Shown here in pieces: positions 18,687 to 27,909 of a stretch of DNA of 64,000 nt (position 1 is the stretch's first letter; each line of letters starts with the position of its first letter). Made by a program: the position numbers and the translations under genes. Below the pieces are notes generated by a model, which was not told where the DNA came from, did not search any database, and was given only the letters and a program-made list of their open reading frames with translations. The DNA lies in the IMG/VR virus record IMGVR_UViG_3300049573_000219, positions 32,001-96,000 of that record, one strand, 5' to 3'. The stretch comes from a virus (Duplodnaviria > Caudoviricetes).

Positions 18687-19117
18687 CAGGAACCCGACCC
18701 GAACTTGAAGAGCCAGATCCCCTCGTGGTTGTTGACCACGATCATCCCCTCCTCCTTCTTGTCGGAGAGGAAGGTGCGGGTCAGCTCCTCCTTCATCTGC
18801 TCCAGGAGCATCGAAGAGAAGCGCTTCTCGTCGGTGGCGTCCCAGTACTCCTCGAACTCCACCGACACCAGCTCGTCCTCGTCGTCGTAGCGGCGCACCT
18901 GGGCCTCCAGGGCGCGCTCGACGGCTGCGGAGTCGAGCGTGCCGGTCAGCTCCTCCAGGTCGACGCCGCGCCGGGAGGCGTCCTTCCACAGGGCCTCGGC
19001 TGCGGCCGTGATGTCGAAGGAGCTGGTCGACTGAAGTGCGGGCTTGCGGGAGTAGTCGGTGTTGGCGGCCACCTCGGCGAACCGGTCGGCGAATCCGCTC
19101 AGACCTCGCTGCTGCAT
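18686..19117 (-). CDS. Acidic hypothetical protein
   Basis: SD; coding bias. Confidence 0.7.
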   Translation of the reverse strand: MQQRGLSGFADRFAEVAANTDYSRKPALQSTSSFDITAAAEALWKDASRRGVDLEELTGTLDSAAVERALEAQVRRYDDEDELVSVEFEEYWDATDEKRFSSMLLEQMKEELTRTFLSDKKEEGMIVVNNHEGIWLFKFGSGS

Positions 19118-19135
19118 GCTTCTTCTCCTGTTCCG

Positions 19136-19441
19136 TCAGTCCACTGCGATCCAGCCGGGCCCGATGCTCCCGGTCTGGAGTTCCGTCACATGCTTCCACA
19201 CCGGCTCGGTCCGGTGCCTGGGATCCAGGCCCGTCTTCCGGCCGGACGTGAGGATGGTGAAGTGCCGGGCATCCATCGCCAACAGGGGCTTGCCCAGCAC
19301 GCTGACGCGGGACGCCAGGTCTTCCTTCAGCTCGGCGTCGGCCCGGACCCACAGGCCGCCGTCCTCGTCCACGCCGACATACCTGCCGTGCAGCCACTGC
19401 GGGGGAGCCGGGTCGGCGTCGAACAGATCCTGTGGTTTCAT
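19136..19441 (-). CDS. Hypothetical protein
   Basis: GGAGAG SD. Confidence 0.65.
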   Translation of the reverse strand: MKPQDLFDADPAPPQWLHGRYVGVDEDGGLWVRADAELKEDLASRVSVLGKPLLAMDARHFTILTSGRKTGLDPRHRTEPVWKHVTELQTGSIGPGWIAVD

Positions 19442-19461
19442 CTCTCTCCAGACATGAGAAG

Positions 19462-19485
19462 AGGGGCGCCCGAGCGGGCGCCCCT
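19462..19485 (-). terminator. Stem-loop terminator
   Basis: AGGGGCGCCCG/CGGGCGCCCCT followed by CTTCT on the minus strand. Confidence 0.6.
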
Positions 19486-19492
19486 TACGGGC

Positions 19493-19579
19493 TCAGCGGC
19501 CCTGCTCCTCGGCCTCGCGCGCTTCCTTGAGCGCCTTGCCGGGCTCGCGCACCGGCAGACCGTTCTGCGTCTCCGCCAT
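19493..19579 (-). CDS. 28-aa micro-protein MAETQNGLPVREPGKALKEAREAEEQGR
   Basis: Strong GGAGAGGAGGGG SD; own -10 and terminator. Confidence 0.5.
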   Translation of the reverse strand: MAETQNGLPVREPGKALKEAREAEEQGR

Positions 19580-19594
19580 GTTCCCCTCCTCTCC

Positions 19595-19611
19595 TGACCT
19601 AGGCCAGTCTA
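19595..19611 (-). promoter_or_regulatory. -10 TAGACT overlapping operator TGGCCTAGGTCA
   Basis: Same arrangement as 5369-5385. Confidence 0.6.
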
Positions 19612-19944
19612 GCGTGTTGCGTGCGTGATCAGAAGTCGTCGTGACGGCCGGAGCGTGTGCCAGATCTCCCTTTCCGGAGGGATCTGGTCTCCGAGGTTCC
19701 GCGCGCACCGGTAGAACAGGACGGAGAACTTGCCCAGGTTCGGAGACAGGTCCGGCTTGAGCGGCGCGTCGATCCGCAGGGAGGGTGCGGCAGCCAGAAG
19801 CGTGCTCGCGAACATCCCCTCCTCGGTCAGCGTGTCCGCCTCGTAGAAGATCCCGCTCGTCGAGGCGACGCGCTCGTGGCCACCCGTGGGGTTCACGATC
19901 TGGACCGTCAGCACGTAGAAGAACGAGGCGGCCCTGCCGTTCAC
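19609..19944 (-). CDS. Hypothetical protein
   Basis: GTGA coupling. Confidence 0.6.
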   Translation of the reverse strand: MNGRAASFFYVLTVQIVNPTGGHERVASTSGIFYEADTLTEEGMFASTLLAAAPSLRIDAPLKPDLSPNLGKFSVLFYRCARNLGDQIPPEREIWHTLRPSRRLLITHATR

Positions 19945-20207
19945 AGCATCTCCTCGATCAGCAGCAGAGCCTCCGCCTTGCCGATCTGACCGGCCAGAAC
20001 CAGGAGGGCCTGCGCCCCCTGCTCCTCGGTGAGCCCGAGGATCATCCCCTCCGGGTGGTCCCCGTCGACCGGGACCAGCACGTCGGTGCCGTCCACCATC
20101 GCCAGGGACTCCAGCAGGACGGGCCGGTGGCCGTACCAGTCGTCGTCCTCCAGGTCGGCGTCCGCGTTCCGCACGACGGCCTCGTGGTTGATCTCGCTGT
20201 GGTGCAT
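19941..20207 (-). CDS. Acidic hypothetical protein
   Basis: ACGGAGAAGAG SD. Confidence 0.65.
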   Translation of the reverse strand: MHHSEINHEAVVRNADADLEDDDWYGHRPVLLESLAMVDGTDVLVPVDGDHPEGMILGLTEEQGAQALLVLAGQIGKAEALLLIEEML

Positions 20208-20273
20208 CTCTTCTCCGTTTCCGTGAGATTCCACGGCGAAGGCCCGGCTGCGGCCGGGCCCCACCGAAGCCCC

Positions 20274-20807
20274 TCAGACGGTGCAGTCGGTGTCCTTGGC
20301 GGCCAGGTACTGTGCCACCCTGACCAGATCCTCCGGCGCGCAGACATGACCCTCGGCCGCCTCGCCGAGCGCGCTCAGCTTGGGGTCCTCATCCCCGTAC
20401 GTGAGGTTCGTGTCGCAGCGCTCGCAGACCATGCTCACCTGGCTGGCGTAGAGCTGGAAGGCGGTCATTCCGGCCGGTCCGTTCAGCCGCATCGCCCACC
20501 AGCGACAGATCCGCAGCAACCAGTCCGGCGTCTGCGAATCCTCCTCCAGCGGGTTCACGAACGTGGCGTCGTAGTGCCGCTTCGTCGGGTTCCCGCTGGA
20601 GGCATGCACCTTCGGGCCGCGCACGAGCGCCAGGCCGACCGACCACTCCTGACCTTCCGGAAACGCCTGGATCAGCACGTGAACCGGGCGCACCGTCGGC
20701 GAGCCGGGAAGGTTCGGGTTGTGCGTGTCGGGTGCCCCCTCGACGTCGAGGGTCAGCTTCAGGATCGACAGCTCGTCCTCGTTGACCGTGACCTTCACGT
20801 CGTTCAC
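20274..20807 (-). CDS. Hypothetical protein with C-terminal CxxC/H motif
   Basis: Coupled ORF. Confidence 0.7.
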   Translation of the reverse strand: MNDVKVTVNEDELSILKLTLDVEGAPDTHNPNLPGSPTVRPVHVLIQAFPEGQEWSVGLALVRGPKVHASSGNPTKRHYDATFVNPLEEDSQTPDWLLRICRWWAMRLNGPAGMTAFQLYASQVSMVCERCDTNLTYGDEDPKLSALGEAAEGHVCAPEDLVRVAQYLAAKDTDCTV

Positions 20808-21025
20808 TTCTTCGCCCCTTCCTCGGCCGCCTTCAGTACGGCCAACAGGTCTCTGCGGTCGACGGCGTACAGCCGGTACGGCCAGCCGGGGGAGCGGTAC
20901 TTCTCCGAACTCCCGATCTCGCTGGCCACATTCACGTCGTTCGGATGCTGCTCCAGCCAGAGGCGGATCCGGCCGACGGCCGCGCCGACATCCTCGCCGG
21001 GACGCATCTCAGGGTTGTCACTCAT
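20804..21025 (-). CDS. Hypothetical protein
   Basis: ATGA coupling; MSDNPEMR... Confidence 0.6.
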   Translation of the reverse strand: MSDNPEMRPGEDVGAAVGRIRLWLEQHPNDVNVASEIGSSEKYRSPGWPYRLYAVDRRDLLAVLKAAEEGAKK

Positions 21026-21327
21026 GCCGCCGCCAGGAACTTCAGTTCCGGCCGGACGCACGCCTGGCGGACCAGCATGGCCAGCGGCTGCGTACCGGCG
21101 GTGACCAGACCCACCAGGCTGGAGGCGTACCGGTGCTCGAAGCCGCGCGCCAGCAGCTTGCTGAACACGTCGGCCCGCACCACCCGGTCGGCGCCCGGCA
21201 GGCGGCGCAGGAGTGCGTACAGGTGAAGGAACTCCTCCCGGTCCATCGCCGAGTTCTCCGGGGTGCTGCCGGTGATCAGCTCGATCCGGAGAAGTTCCAT
21301 CTGGGGCGTGCCGCTGTCGATCCTCAC
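21022..21327 (-). CDS. Hypothetical protein
   Basis: GTGA coupling. Confidence 0.6.
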   Translation of the reverse strand: MRIDSGTPQMELLRIELITGSTPENSAMDREEFLHLYALLRRLPGADRVVRADVFSKLLARGFEHRYASSLVGLVTAGTQPLAMLVRQACVRPELKFLAAA

Positions 21328-21950
21328 TCCTGACCCTCCTTGCCGTTGTCGATGACCAGAACCTCCGGGTCCCAGCCACCGTCGGCCCGGTCGATGTAGC
21401 AGGCGACCGAGGTGACGGACTGCCCGCGCGTCACCGCACGGGCGGGAGCCAGGACGGAGCCGACGTAGAACCCCTTCTTGGCGTTGTTGCGGATCCGAAC
21501 CTTCTCGCTCTGAGCCTGCGACTCGTTGAAGGTGTCACCGGTACGGCGCCCCTCATCGTCCAGGAGTGACCAGAAGGACCCGTACTGGCCGTAGACCTCA
21601 CGCGCCGGGACCAGCTTGCCCTCCAGGTCGAAGAGGGCCGGGAACTCCCACATGCCGCCGTTCTCGGCGATGTCGGCCTGGAGCCTGTACTTCTGGGCGT
21701 TGATCCCACTCGCCCACTGCGAGAGGGCACCGTCGGTGTCGCACCGGTCGAACGAGTCGGCCGCCTCCCGGTCCCTTCCGCGCGCCAGCTCGCGCAGTTC
21801 CTCGGCCTTCCTCCGGGCCGCCTCCACGTCGTACTGGAATCCGACCTGAGCGGCGAACGGGAGGTTCAGCCCCAGCTCCTCGGCCAGCTCCTTCGCCAGG
21901 GCCGTCTCCTCGTCGCGGGTCATCGCCACGTTCTTCTCCTCTTCCGTCAT
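21324..21950 (-). CDS. Conserved phage hypothetical protein
   Basis: DSFDRCDTDGALSQWA motif; true start may lie about 20-27 nt downstream. Confidence 0.75.
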   Translation of the reverse strand: MTEEEKNVAMTRDEETALAKELAEELGLNLPFAAQVGFQYDVEAARRKAEELRELARGRDREAADSFDRCDTDGALSQWASGINAQKYRLQADIAENGGMWEFPALFDLEGKLVPAREVYGQYGSFWSLLDDEGRRTGDTFNESQAQSEKVRIRNNAKKGFYVGSVLAPARAVTRGQSVTSVACYIDRADGGWDPEVLVIDNGKEGQE

Positions 21951-22141
21951 TCGATGATGAAGGTCCCGACGCTGACGGACTCGACGCCGAACTGCTCGGC
22001 GGTCTCCGCCAGGATCTTCGGGTCCCTGAAGTTCTCCCGCTCGACCTCGGCCCGGTCGGCGGGCGTCTCGCTCTCGGGGTACAGGTCCGGGTCGACCGGG
22101 AACTTCAGGACGACCGTGACCCGCATGAACTCCTGCGGCAT
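21947..22141 (-). CDS. Small hypothetical protein
   Basis: Coupled ORF. Confidence 0.6.
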   Translation of the reverse strand: MPQEFMRVTVVLKFPVDPDLYPESETPADRAEVERENFRDPKILAETAEQFGVESVSVGTFIIE

Positions 22142-22142
22142 G

Positions 22143-22598
22143 TCATCCTTCCGGCTCGTCGAGTCCGTAGACGTAGACCACGGAGAAGTTGTCAGCCAGC
22201 CAGAACTGCACCCGCCGGGCGACCAGGGCCTTCGGCAGGCCGCCGAGCCCGCACCCCAGGGCGGGGACGGCCACCGAGATCAGGCCCGTCGTGTCCAGGT
22301 ACTCCTTCAGGGCGGCCAGCCCCAGGTCCACGTCCTCGATCCGAGAGTTGTCCCGCCAGTGCCGCTTGGTGGCGATGCTCAGGATCCGGCGCCCGTCCGG
22401 CAGGACCGCGTCGTGCACCCGGCCGGGCCGCATCTTGCCCTCCCGGCAGAAGGTCACGTACTCCTCCACCTGGGCAGGCCACCGGTCCCGGAACTGCCGG
22501 GCCAGACCGGCGCCCGGGACGCCGATGCAGTTGACCGGGTTGACCAGACCCTGCGCCTGCGATTCCAGGAGGTTCCCGCTGGTCCAGATCAGCGGCAT
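22143..22598 (-). CDS. Macrodomain ADP-ribosylhydrolase (DarG/Poa1p-like)
   Basis: GNLL...NPVNCIGVPGAGLARQF...ATKRHWR...PALGCGLGGL. Confidence 0.88.
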   Translation of the reverse strand: MPLIWTSGNLLESQAQGLVNPVNCIGVPGAGLARQFRDRWPAQVEEYVTFCREGKMRPGRVHDAVLPDGRRILSIATKRHWRDNSRIEDVDLGLAALKEYLDTTGLISVAVPALGCGLGGLPKALVARRVQFWLADNFSVVYVYGLDEPEG

Positions 22599-22607
22599 GT
22601 CAGCCCT

Positions 22608-22919
22608 TCACCACGCCCGGTAGGGGAAGATCAGGATGTAGATCCCGCCCTCCATGCGGCCGGAGACGACCAGGTTGTTGAGCATGGTGTAGGCATCCGG
22701 CTGCTCTCCGTCGCCGTCTCTCCACGCCCCGATCTGCATGATGTCGGCGATGCTGGGTGCGCAGGTACGGAAGTCGAAGACGATCTTGCGTCCGGCTTCC
22801 GGGTTGCCGGTCCCCTTCAGCAGGTCGTACTCCTTGCCGAACGCCTCCGAGATGAAGTCCTGCATGTCCTTCTCCAGGACCAGGCGTGCCGGGCATTCCT
22901 CGAACTTTGGTGCTCGCAT
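22608..22919 (-). CDS. Hypothetical protein (paralog of 39753-40052)
   Basis: SD; directly downstream of a promoter. Confidence 0.7.
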   Translation of the reverse strand: MRAPKFEECPARLVLEKDMQDFISEAFGKEYDLLKGTGNPEAGRKIVFDFRTCAPSIADIMQIGAWRDGDGEQPDAYTMLNNLVVSGRMEGGIYILIFPYRAW

Positions 22920-22939
22920 TGTCTCTTCCCCTTCCGAAA

Positions 22940-22992
22940 TGGCCTAGGTCACACGATACGCAGAAGGGGCCCCGGCCGCAACCGGAGCCCCT
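22940..22992 (-). promoter_or_regulatory. Promoter TTGCGG-N17-TATCGT, -35 in a hairpin loop, followed by operator TGACCTAGGCCA
   Basis: Read directly from sequence. Confidence 0.65.
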
Positions 22993-23007
22993 GCCGCATG
23001 AGCCGCC

Positions 23008-23331
23008 CTACTCCGGGGCGTCGACCGGCGTTGCCGGGTGCAGCGCGATGCCGGGGACCGAGAGCTTGAGCGCTTCGGTCACCCGGTCGGCGGTGGCCTC
23101 GTCCCGGGTCATGAAGAAGACCGCCTTGCCACCCTTGGCGAGTGAGACGTGAACGATGAAGCCGCCCTCCGGCCCCATCCACTTCTCCTCGTTCTTCAGG
23201 ACGCCGCCCTGGACCTTGGCGTAGCCGCGCTCGGTCAGCGACTGCATGATCTGGTAGTGGTAGTTCTCCTGCGTCGAGAAGACCTTGCTGTCGTTCTCGC
23301 CGAAGGTGTTGACGTAGACGTGTCCGGCCAC
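23008..23331 (-). CDS. Hypothetical protein
   Basis: GGGAG SD. Confidence 0.7.
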   Translation of the reverse strand: MAGHVYVNTFGENDSKVFSTQENYHYQIMQSLTERGYAKVQGGVLKNEEKWMGPEGGFIVHVSLAKGGKAVFFMTRDEATADRVTEALKLSVPGIALHPATPVDAPE

Positions 23332-23423
23332 TGTTTTCTCCCATTCCGCACTCTCTGACGACCATCGTCAGGCAGGGCTCCCATTCGCCCCACGACCCCC
23401 TCTCAGGGGTTTCGGTCCCGGGG

Positions 23424-23657
23424 TCAGATCTTCAGGCCGCGCCGGGCGGCGGCGAGCACCACCCGGATGGCGTGCTCCTCGCCGGACCGGACCGCACTCT
23501 CCAGTCGCAGGTGAGTGAGTTCGTCGGACAGCTCGGGGCTCGCCGACAGGGATCCCATCATGAGGTTGGCGAACCACATCCGGGACTCCTCTCCCAGGTC
23601 CGGAAGGACCACGCCCAGCCCCCTGGCGATCCCCTCTGCGGTAGGGATTCCGCTCAC
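23424..23657 (-). CDS. Hypothetical protein
   Basis: GTGA coupling. Confidence 0.55.
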   Translation of the reverse strand: MSGIPTAEGIARGLGVVLPDLGEESRMWFANLMMGSLSASPELSDELTHLRLESAVRSGEEHAIRVVLAAARRGLKI

Positions 23658-24145
23658 TGCGCGCCCTCCCGCTCCCGGTGCCAGGCGGCACGTTCCGCGT
23701 TCAGCCTCTCCTCGGCCTCGGCCAGTACGGCGGCCAGCCGGTAGATGTCGGCCAGCCCCTCACTCCCGAGGGAGCTGAGGCTGATCAGGTTGCGCACGCC
23801 CATGTAGGCGGACGTGACGGAGAAGCAGCCGGGACTGCGCGTGCACGGCTTGTGCGTTCCACGGTCGAGCTGACCGAGATCCCGCCGAAGCTCCTCGGCG
23901 TGCCGGAGCTTGCGCCGCGCCCGCCCCTCCGGCAGCACGTACGTCCGGAGGGCTTCGGCCTGCGGGTGCTTCGGGTCGACGACCCACCCCTCCCGCTCGA
24001 TGTAGGCGCGCATGCCCTCGATGTAGGCGGTCGCGATCTTCCGCATCGCAGGGTAGGCGCGGTTCCACAGGTCGGCCAGGTGCTCGGCGTCGGCGTAGCT
24101 GAAGTGTCCTGTGTCGTGAACGAGTTCGACGTTGAGCACGTTCAC
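23654..24145 (-). CDS. Hypothetical protein
   Basis: GTGA coupling; MNVLNVELV... Confidence 0.7.
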   Translation of the reverse strand: MNVLNVELVHDTGHFSYADAEHLADLWNRAYPAMRKIATAYIEGMRAYIEREGWVVDPKHPQAEALRTYVLPEGRARRKLRHAEELRRDLGQLDRGTHKPCTRSPGCFSVTSAYMGVRNLISLSSLGSEGLADIYRLAAVLAEAEERLNAERAAWHREREGAQ

Positions 24146-24447
24146 CCCTCCAGCTCGCTGAAGCTCTCGTTCTCCCGGATGCGCTCGATGGACTCCGCCG
24201 GGCTCATCCCGGAGGTGACCATCTCGTAGAAGCTCATCTTGCTCTCGGGGTTCTTGACCCCGAGCAGCACGAGGATCTTCCACAGGGCGGTCGTGATGTG
24301 GTGGTACGGGGTACCCTTCGCGCTGTTCTCGATGACCAGGTCGTACTCGTCGATCACGTTCCAGCGGTAGAGCAGGTCGACCAGCTCACCGGCCGCAGCC
24401 AGCAGGTGGATCTCCCGCATGTCCAGCTTCTCGTTCGTGTTCGCCAT
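24142..24447 (-). CDS. Hypothetical protein
   Basis: GACGGAAGGGG SD. Confidence 0.7.
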   Translation of the reverse strand: MANTNEKLDMREIHLLAAAGELVDLLYRWNVIDEYDLVIENSAKGTPYHHITTALWKILVLLGVKNPESKMSFYEMVTSGMSPAESIERIRENESFSELEG

Positions 24448-24543
24448 GGCTACTTCCCCTTCCGTCCGGCCGCCTTGCGGCGGTCCCTCTCACTCTTCTT
24501 CATTGCCGCGATGGCCACCAGGGCGGCAAGCGCCCGGATCACC

Positions 24544-24870
24544 TCAGTCACGCGCCGCACCCCTTTTGCCCTGCTCGATGATCTGCTGCATCAGCTCCAG
24601 CCCCGTCCTCTCGCCCGCCGTTCCCGGCGTCATGGCGCGGCCCCACCTGGCGGCCTCGTAGAACGCCTCCAGCGCCCGCCATTCGACGGTCACCGTGATC
24701 AGACACGAGCCGCCGCACTCCGGCCAGGTGCAGTGCTTCCCGTGAGGACCCGGCGCCCGCTTCGGGTACAGGGGCGGCTCGTCCCGCTCGGGCGGAGGGG
24801 GGCAGGTGCAGGGTTCGCTTCCGACGCCCGTGCAGCAGGTGCCGCCGCACCCCCGGCAGGTGTAGCTCAT
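24544..24870 (-). CDS. Cys-rich hypothetical protein
   Basis: MSYTCRGCGGTCCTG...; ATGA coupling. Confidence 0.6.
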   Translation of the reverse strand: MSYTCRGCGGTCCTGVGSEPCTCPPPPERDEPPLYPKRAPGPHGKHCTWPECGGSCLITVTVEWRALEAFYEAARWGRAMTPGTAGERTGLELMQQIIEQGKRGAARD

Positions 24871-25289
24871 CGACGGCTCTCCCTGATGTCCATCCCGGCC
24901 CGACAGTGCGGGTATCCGGGGCACGGCTTCATGATCGGTCGTACCGGGTTCCACCCAGGAGATTCCGGCTGGCCGTGGTGTGGACAGACCATCTTCGACG
25001 GGAAGTAGCCGTCGAATTTCTCGTGGTCAGGGTCCAGCATGTTCAGCAGCCCCTCGACCAGCATGATGACGTCCCTGGGGTAGCCGCCACTCCTCTCGGA
25101 GGCCAGAGTGAAGGCGCGGCGCATGTCCTCGGCCGCCTCACGCATCCCAGCCTCGGCGACCCGCTGCTGGTACGACAGGATCACGTCCTCCGGGAACACG
25201 GCACGCAGGAAGTCGGCCACCTGATCGGGCTTCGCCCTCCAGCCCGGCGTCCTGATCGTGATCTCGTCCCAGCTCTCGACGTCACTCAC
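24867..25289 (-). CDS. Hypothetical protein
   Basis: Coupled ORF. Confidence 0.65.
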   Translation of the reverse strand: MSDVESWDEITIRTPGWRAKPDQVADFLRAVFPEDVILSYQQRVAEAGMREAAEDMRRAFTLASERSGGYPRDVIMLVEGLLNMLDPDHEKFDGYFPSKMVCPHHGQPESPGWNPVRPIMKPCPGYPHCRAGMDIRESRR

Positions 25290-25512
25290 CCTCGTTCCCC
25301 TCCTTCGGCTTCAGCTCCCACCGACGGTGGGACCAGCACCAGACCATGGCCGGGAGTGGCGGAACGCCCTCCGGGAGCCACGTCTGTTCGACCTCCGGCG
25401 TCTCGTGCCGGTCCAGACCCGTGTAGTCCAGCTCCTCCAGGACGCAGTCCTCGCCGGGCTCCGGTGTCTCCCGTTCGACCTGCGCGACCAGGTCGGCGCC
25501 GCTCGTCTTCAC
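25282..25512 (-). CDS. Hypothetical protein
   Basis: GTGA coupling; MKTSGADL... Confidence 0.55.
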   Translation of the reverse strand: MKTSGADLVAQVERETPEPGEDCVLEELDYTGLDRHETPEVEQTWLPEGVPPLPAMVWCWSHRRWELKPKEGNEGE

Positions 25513-25841
25513 AGCGCCGCCTTCGCGACCCGGATCATGCGGTCGAACTCCTCGGGGGTGATGAGTCCGGCCGTCGTCCACAGTGCCGGGTGACCGGCCA
25601 TCGCCTCGGTGATGACCTGCCGGGTGACCGGCACGGACTCGCCGGTCAGATAATCCCGGAGGTCGATCCCGCCGATGTAGGTGTCGTACAGGTCGGTCCG
25701 GCGCACGAACTCGTCGATCGTGTCCTTGTCGATCCTGCGGATCCCGGTCGCACCGGTCAGGTAGACCACGGCCCGCTGCTCCGGGGTCATGTCGGTGAGC
25801 GGGATCGTCCCGCCCTTGTTCGTTTCGAAGTACGCCTGCAT
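25509..25841 (-). CDS. Hypothetical protein (paralog of 33118-33486)
   Basis: Strong SD. Confidence 0.7.
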   Translation of the reverse strand: MQAYFETNKGGTIPLTDMTPEQRAVVYLTGATGIRRIDKDTIDEFVRRTDLYDTYIGGIDLRDYLTGESVPVTRQVITEAMAGHPALWTTAGLITPEEFDRMIRVAKAAL

Positions 25842-25947
25842 CTCTCTCTTCTCCCTTCCTCTGCCCGACGGCAGTACGGCAGGTGCACGGACCGGAGTCC
25901 GTGCACCACCGAGCTGAAGCCGGATCAGCTACCGCAGACCGCTGCGG

Positions 25948-26538
25948 TCACTTGCCCTGCGCCTTCCAGTAGGCGTTCTCGGCGGCGTGGATCTGGTCAC
26001 CGAACGCCTTGCCGACGGCCCACGCCTCGTCGCGGCGGCCGTTGAAGAAGTGGTCGGCCACCTGGGAGGCGATGTGCACCGTGGCGACCGTGAGCGAGGA
26101 CCAGTTGAAGCCCCAGAAGGCGCCGCCCTGGTGCGGCAGCAGCTTCTCGTTCGTGGTGTAGCCGAGCGAGCAGAACGTGGTGGCGAACTGCTCGCACTGG
26201 TCGCGGTCGTCCACCTGGTAGAAGGGGCGGGTCGTGATCTTCTTGCCCCAGAGCGAGCCGTTGTCGATGTGCAGGGTCTGGCGCTTGCTGGTGCGGTCCT
26301 CCAGCGGGACCGGGAAGTCGGTCCCCTCCGGGTAGAACGTGACCAGTCCGCTCAGCTCGGGCTCGATGGACATGGCCATGATCCAGCCACCCTTACGGGC
26401 GCGGGGCTTCTTGCTCTCCGGCATCTCCGCGTACGGCCACGCCGAGGTCTTCCGGACGCCCTTCAGCGGGGTGATGATGCGTGCACCCATCGTGATCTTC
26501 TCCTTGTTCCAGGTCTCGTGCGTTGCGGTAGTCGTCAC
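25948..26538 (-). CDS. Hypothetical protein
   Basis: GC3 bias; alternative start at 26490. Confidence 0.7.
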   Translation of the reverse strand: MTTTATHETWNKEKITMGARIITPLKGVRKTSAWPYAEMPESKKPRARKGGWIMAMSIEPELSGLVTFYPEGTDFPVPLEDRTSKRQTLHIDNGSLWGKKITTRPFYQVDDRDQCEQFATTFCSLGYTTNEKLLPHQGGAFWGFNWSSLTVATVHIASQVADHFFNGRRDEAWAVGKAFGDQIHAAENAYWKAQGK

Positions 26539-26589
26539 CCCACCGGGCCGCCATCCGGCCCGGCAGGTTCCCGCCCTGACTCCCGGCGC

Positions 26590-26829
26590 TCAGCCAGGAC
26601 TTGAGCCAGGACGCCTCGAACTCTTCGGCGAGCCGTAGAGCCCGCCCCTGATCCATCTCTCGGCGATGGGACCCTCGTCCCCGTACCGGAAGGCGTCCTC
26701 CCGGAACTTCGACGACAGGGCCTTCTGCTCCTCCAGGCCCAGGTCGCTCCAGCTCGGTCTGCGCCCAGCTCGGGCGACGGAATCCCGCCATAGCGCTTCG
26801 AACTCCTCGGATTTACCGGCACTGTTCAC
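26590..26829 (-). CDS. Hypothetical protein
   Basis: GAGGA SD. Confidence 0.5.
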   Translation of the reverse strand: MNSAGKSEEFEALWRDSVARAGRRPSWSDLGLEEQKALSSKFREDAFRYGDEGPIAERWIRGGLYGSPKSSRRPGSSPG

Positions 26830-26852
26830 CGGGTCATCCTCTCGCGGAGTTC

Positions 26853-27164
26853 TCAGCCGGGGCGCCGCTCCAGCAGAACCGAGACGAACATGTCGGCCGT
26901 CACGTTGGGGACCAGCTCGCCGTCGTCGGCCAGCACCTCCCAGCCACCCCGGGTGCCGACCTCGGTGATCCGGCCCCGGTAGAAGGTGCCGTGCTCCTCC
27001 CGGACGGCGACCCTCACGATCCGGTCCGAGTAGTCGTTGGCGGCCGACCAGACCGCCGAGACGACCTCCTGGTTGACGGGGGAGCGGAACTCCTCGAACT
27101 GCTCCAGGGTGGCAGCGGCCTGCTTCAACTCGGTGGCCAGTCGGCCGATGTGGGTCTGGGCCAT
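26853..27164 (-). CDS. Hypothetical protein
   Basis: TGATG coupling; MAQTHIG... Confidence 0.65.
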   Translation of the reverse strand: MAQTHIGRLATELKQAAATLEQFEEFRSPVNQEVVSAVWSAANDYSDRIVRVAVREEHGTFYRGRITEVGTRGGWEVLADDGELVPNVTADMFVSVLLERRPG

Positions 27165-27523
27165 CAGTCCTTCTCCTCTTCCGCCTTGTGCCGGACCAGC
27201 AGGCAGTTCCACTGGTCCGGCCCGTCCTCGTCGTTCCGGCTCACGTCGTACCGGATCTTCAGGTTGCGCTCGTAGTCCGTGAGCACCTTCTGGGTGTACT
27301 TCAGCAGCCCGTCGGCGTTCGTGCCGAAACCGAACCGGCTCATCGTGTGGTAGCCGGGCTCGAACTCGACGACCACCCAGTCCGTCGGCCGCAGTCCCTC
27401 ACCGAGGGCCCGGCGGACCGTGAATCCGGCGGTGACGCCGGTCGGTCCCCGGCCGACACGCTCGGACCGGTTGAACCGCTCTCCCAGGAACCGGCTCACG
27501 GCCGATGCGGACGGGGCGCTCAC
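27164..27523 (-). CDS. Hypothetical protein
   Basis: GTGA coupling; MSAPSAS... Confidence 0.65.
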   Translation of the reverse strand: MSAPSASAVSRFLGERFNRSERVGRGPTGVTAGFTVRRALGEGLRPTDWVVVEFEPGYHTMSRFGFGTNADGLLKYTQKVLTDYERNLKIRYDVSRNDEDGPDQWNCLLVRHKAEEEKD

Positions 27524-27897
27524 AGCTCGTACCCCCGCATCGCCGGGAAGGCGTCCAGGACGACCTCGTAGATCCACTTCTCGCAGGCCCCGCGCCGTGC
27601 GGTCCCCATCTCGTTGCCCCACATGCCCAGCACCTCCTCCCCGTAGTGCAGCAGCTCCTCCCGGTAGACCTTCAGGATCTCCGCCTGGGTCATCGACTCC
27701 GGCAGCTCCTTGGGCCGGTCGCCCGCCAGCTCGTCGTCCTCGGTGATCTCGTACCGGAGGAACTTGCTCCCGATTCCGTTCATCAGGTCGTGCGGCTCGG
27801 GCTCCAGGGTGATGGACGTCTTCACCCAGGCCGCCGGTCGGACCCTGCCGTCCCCGCTCCTGCTGGTCCCGACGTGGACCGTGATGTCTCGCGCCAC
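27520..27897 (-). CDS. Hypothetical protein
   Basis: GAGGAG SD. Confidence 0.7.
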   Translation of the reverse strand: MARDITVHVGTSRSGDGRVRPAAWVKTSITLEPEPHDLMNGIGSKFLRYEITEDDELAGDRPKELPESMTQAEILKVYREELLHYGEEVLGMWGNEMGTARRGACEKWIYEVVLDAFPAMRGYEL

Positions 27898-27909
27898 CGT
27901 CTTCTCCTC

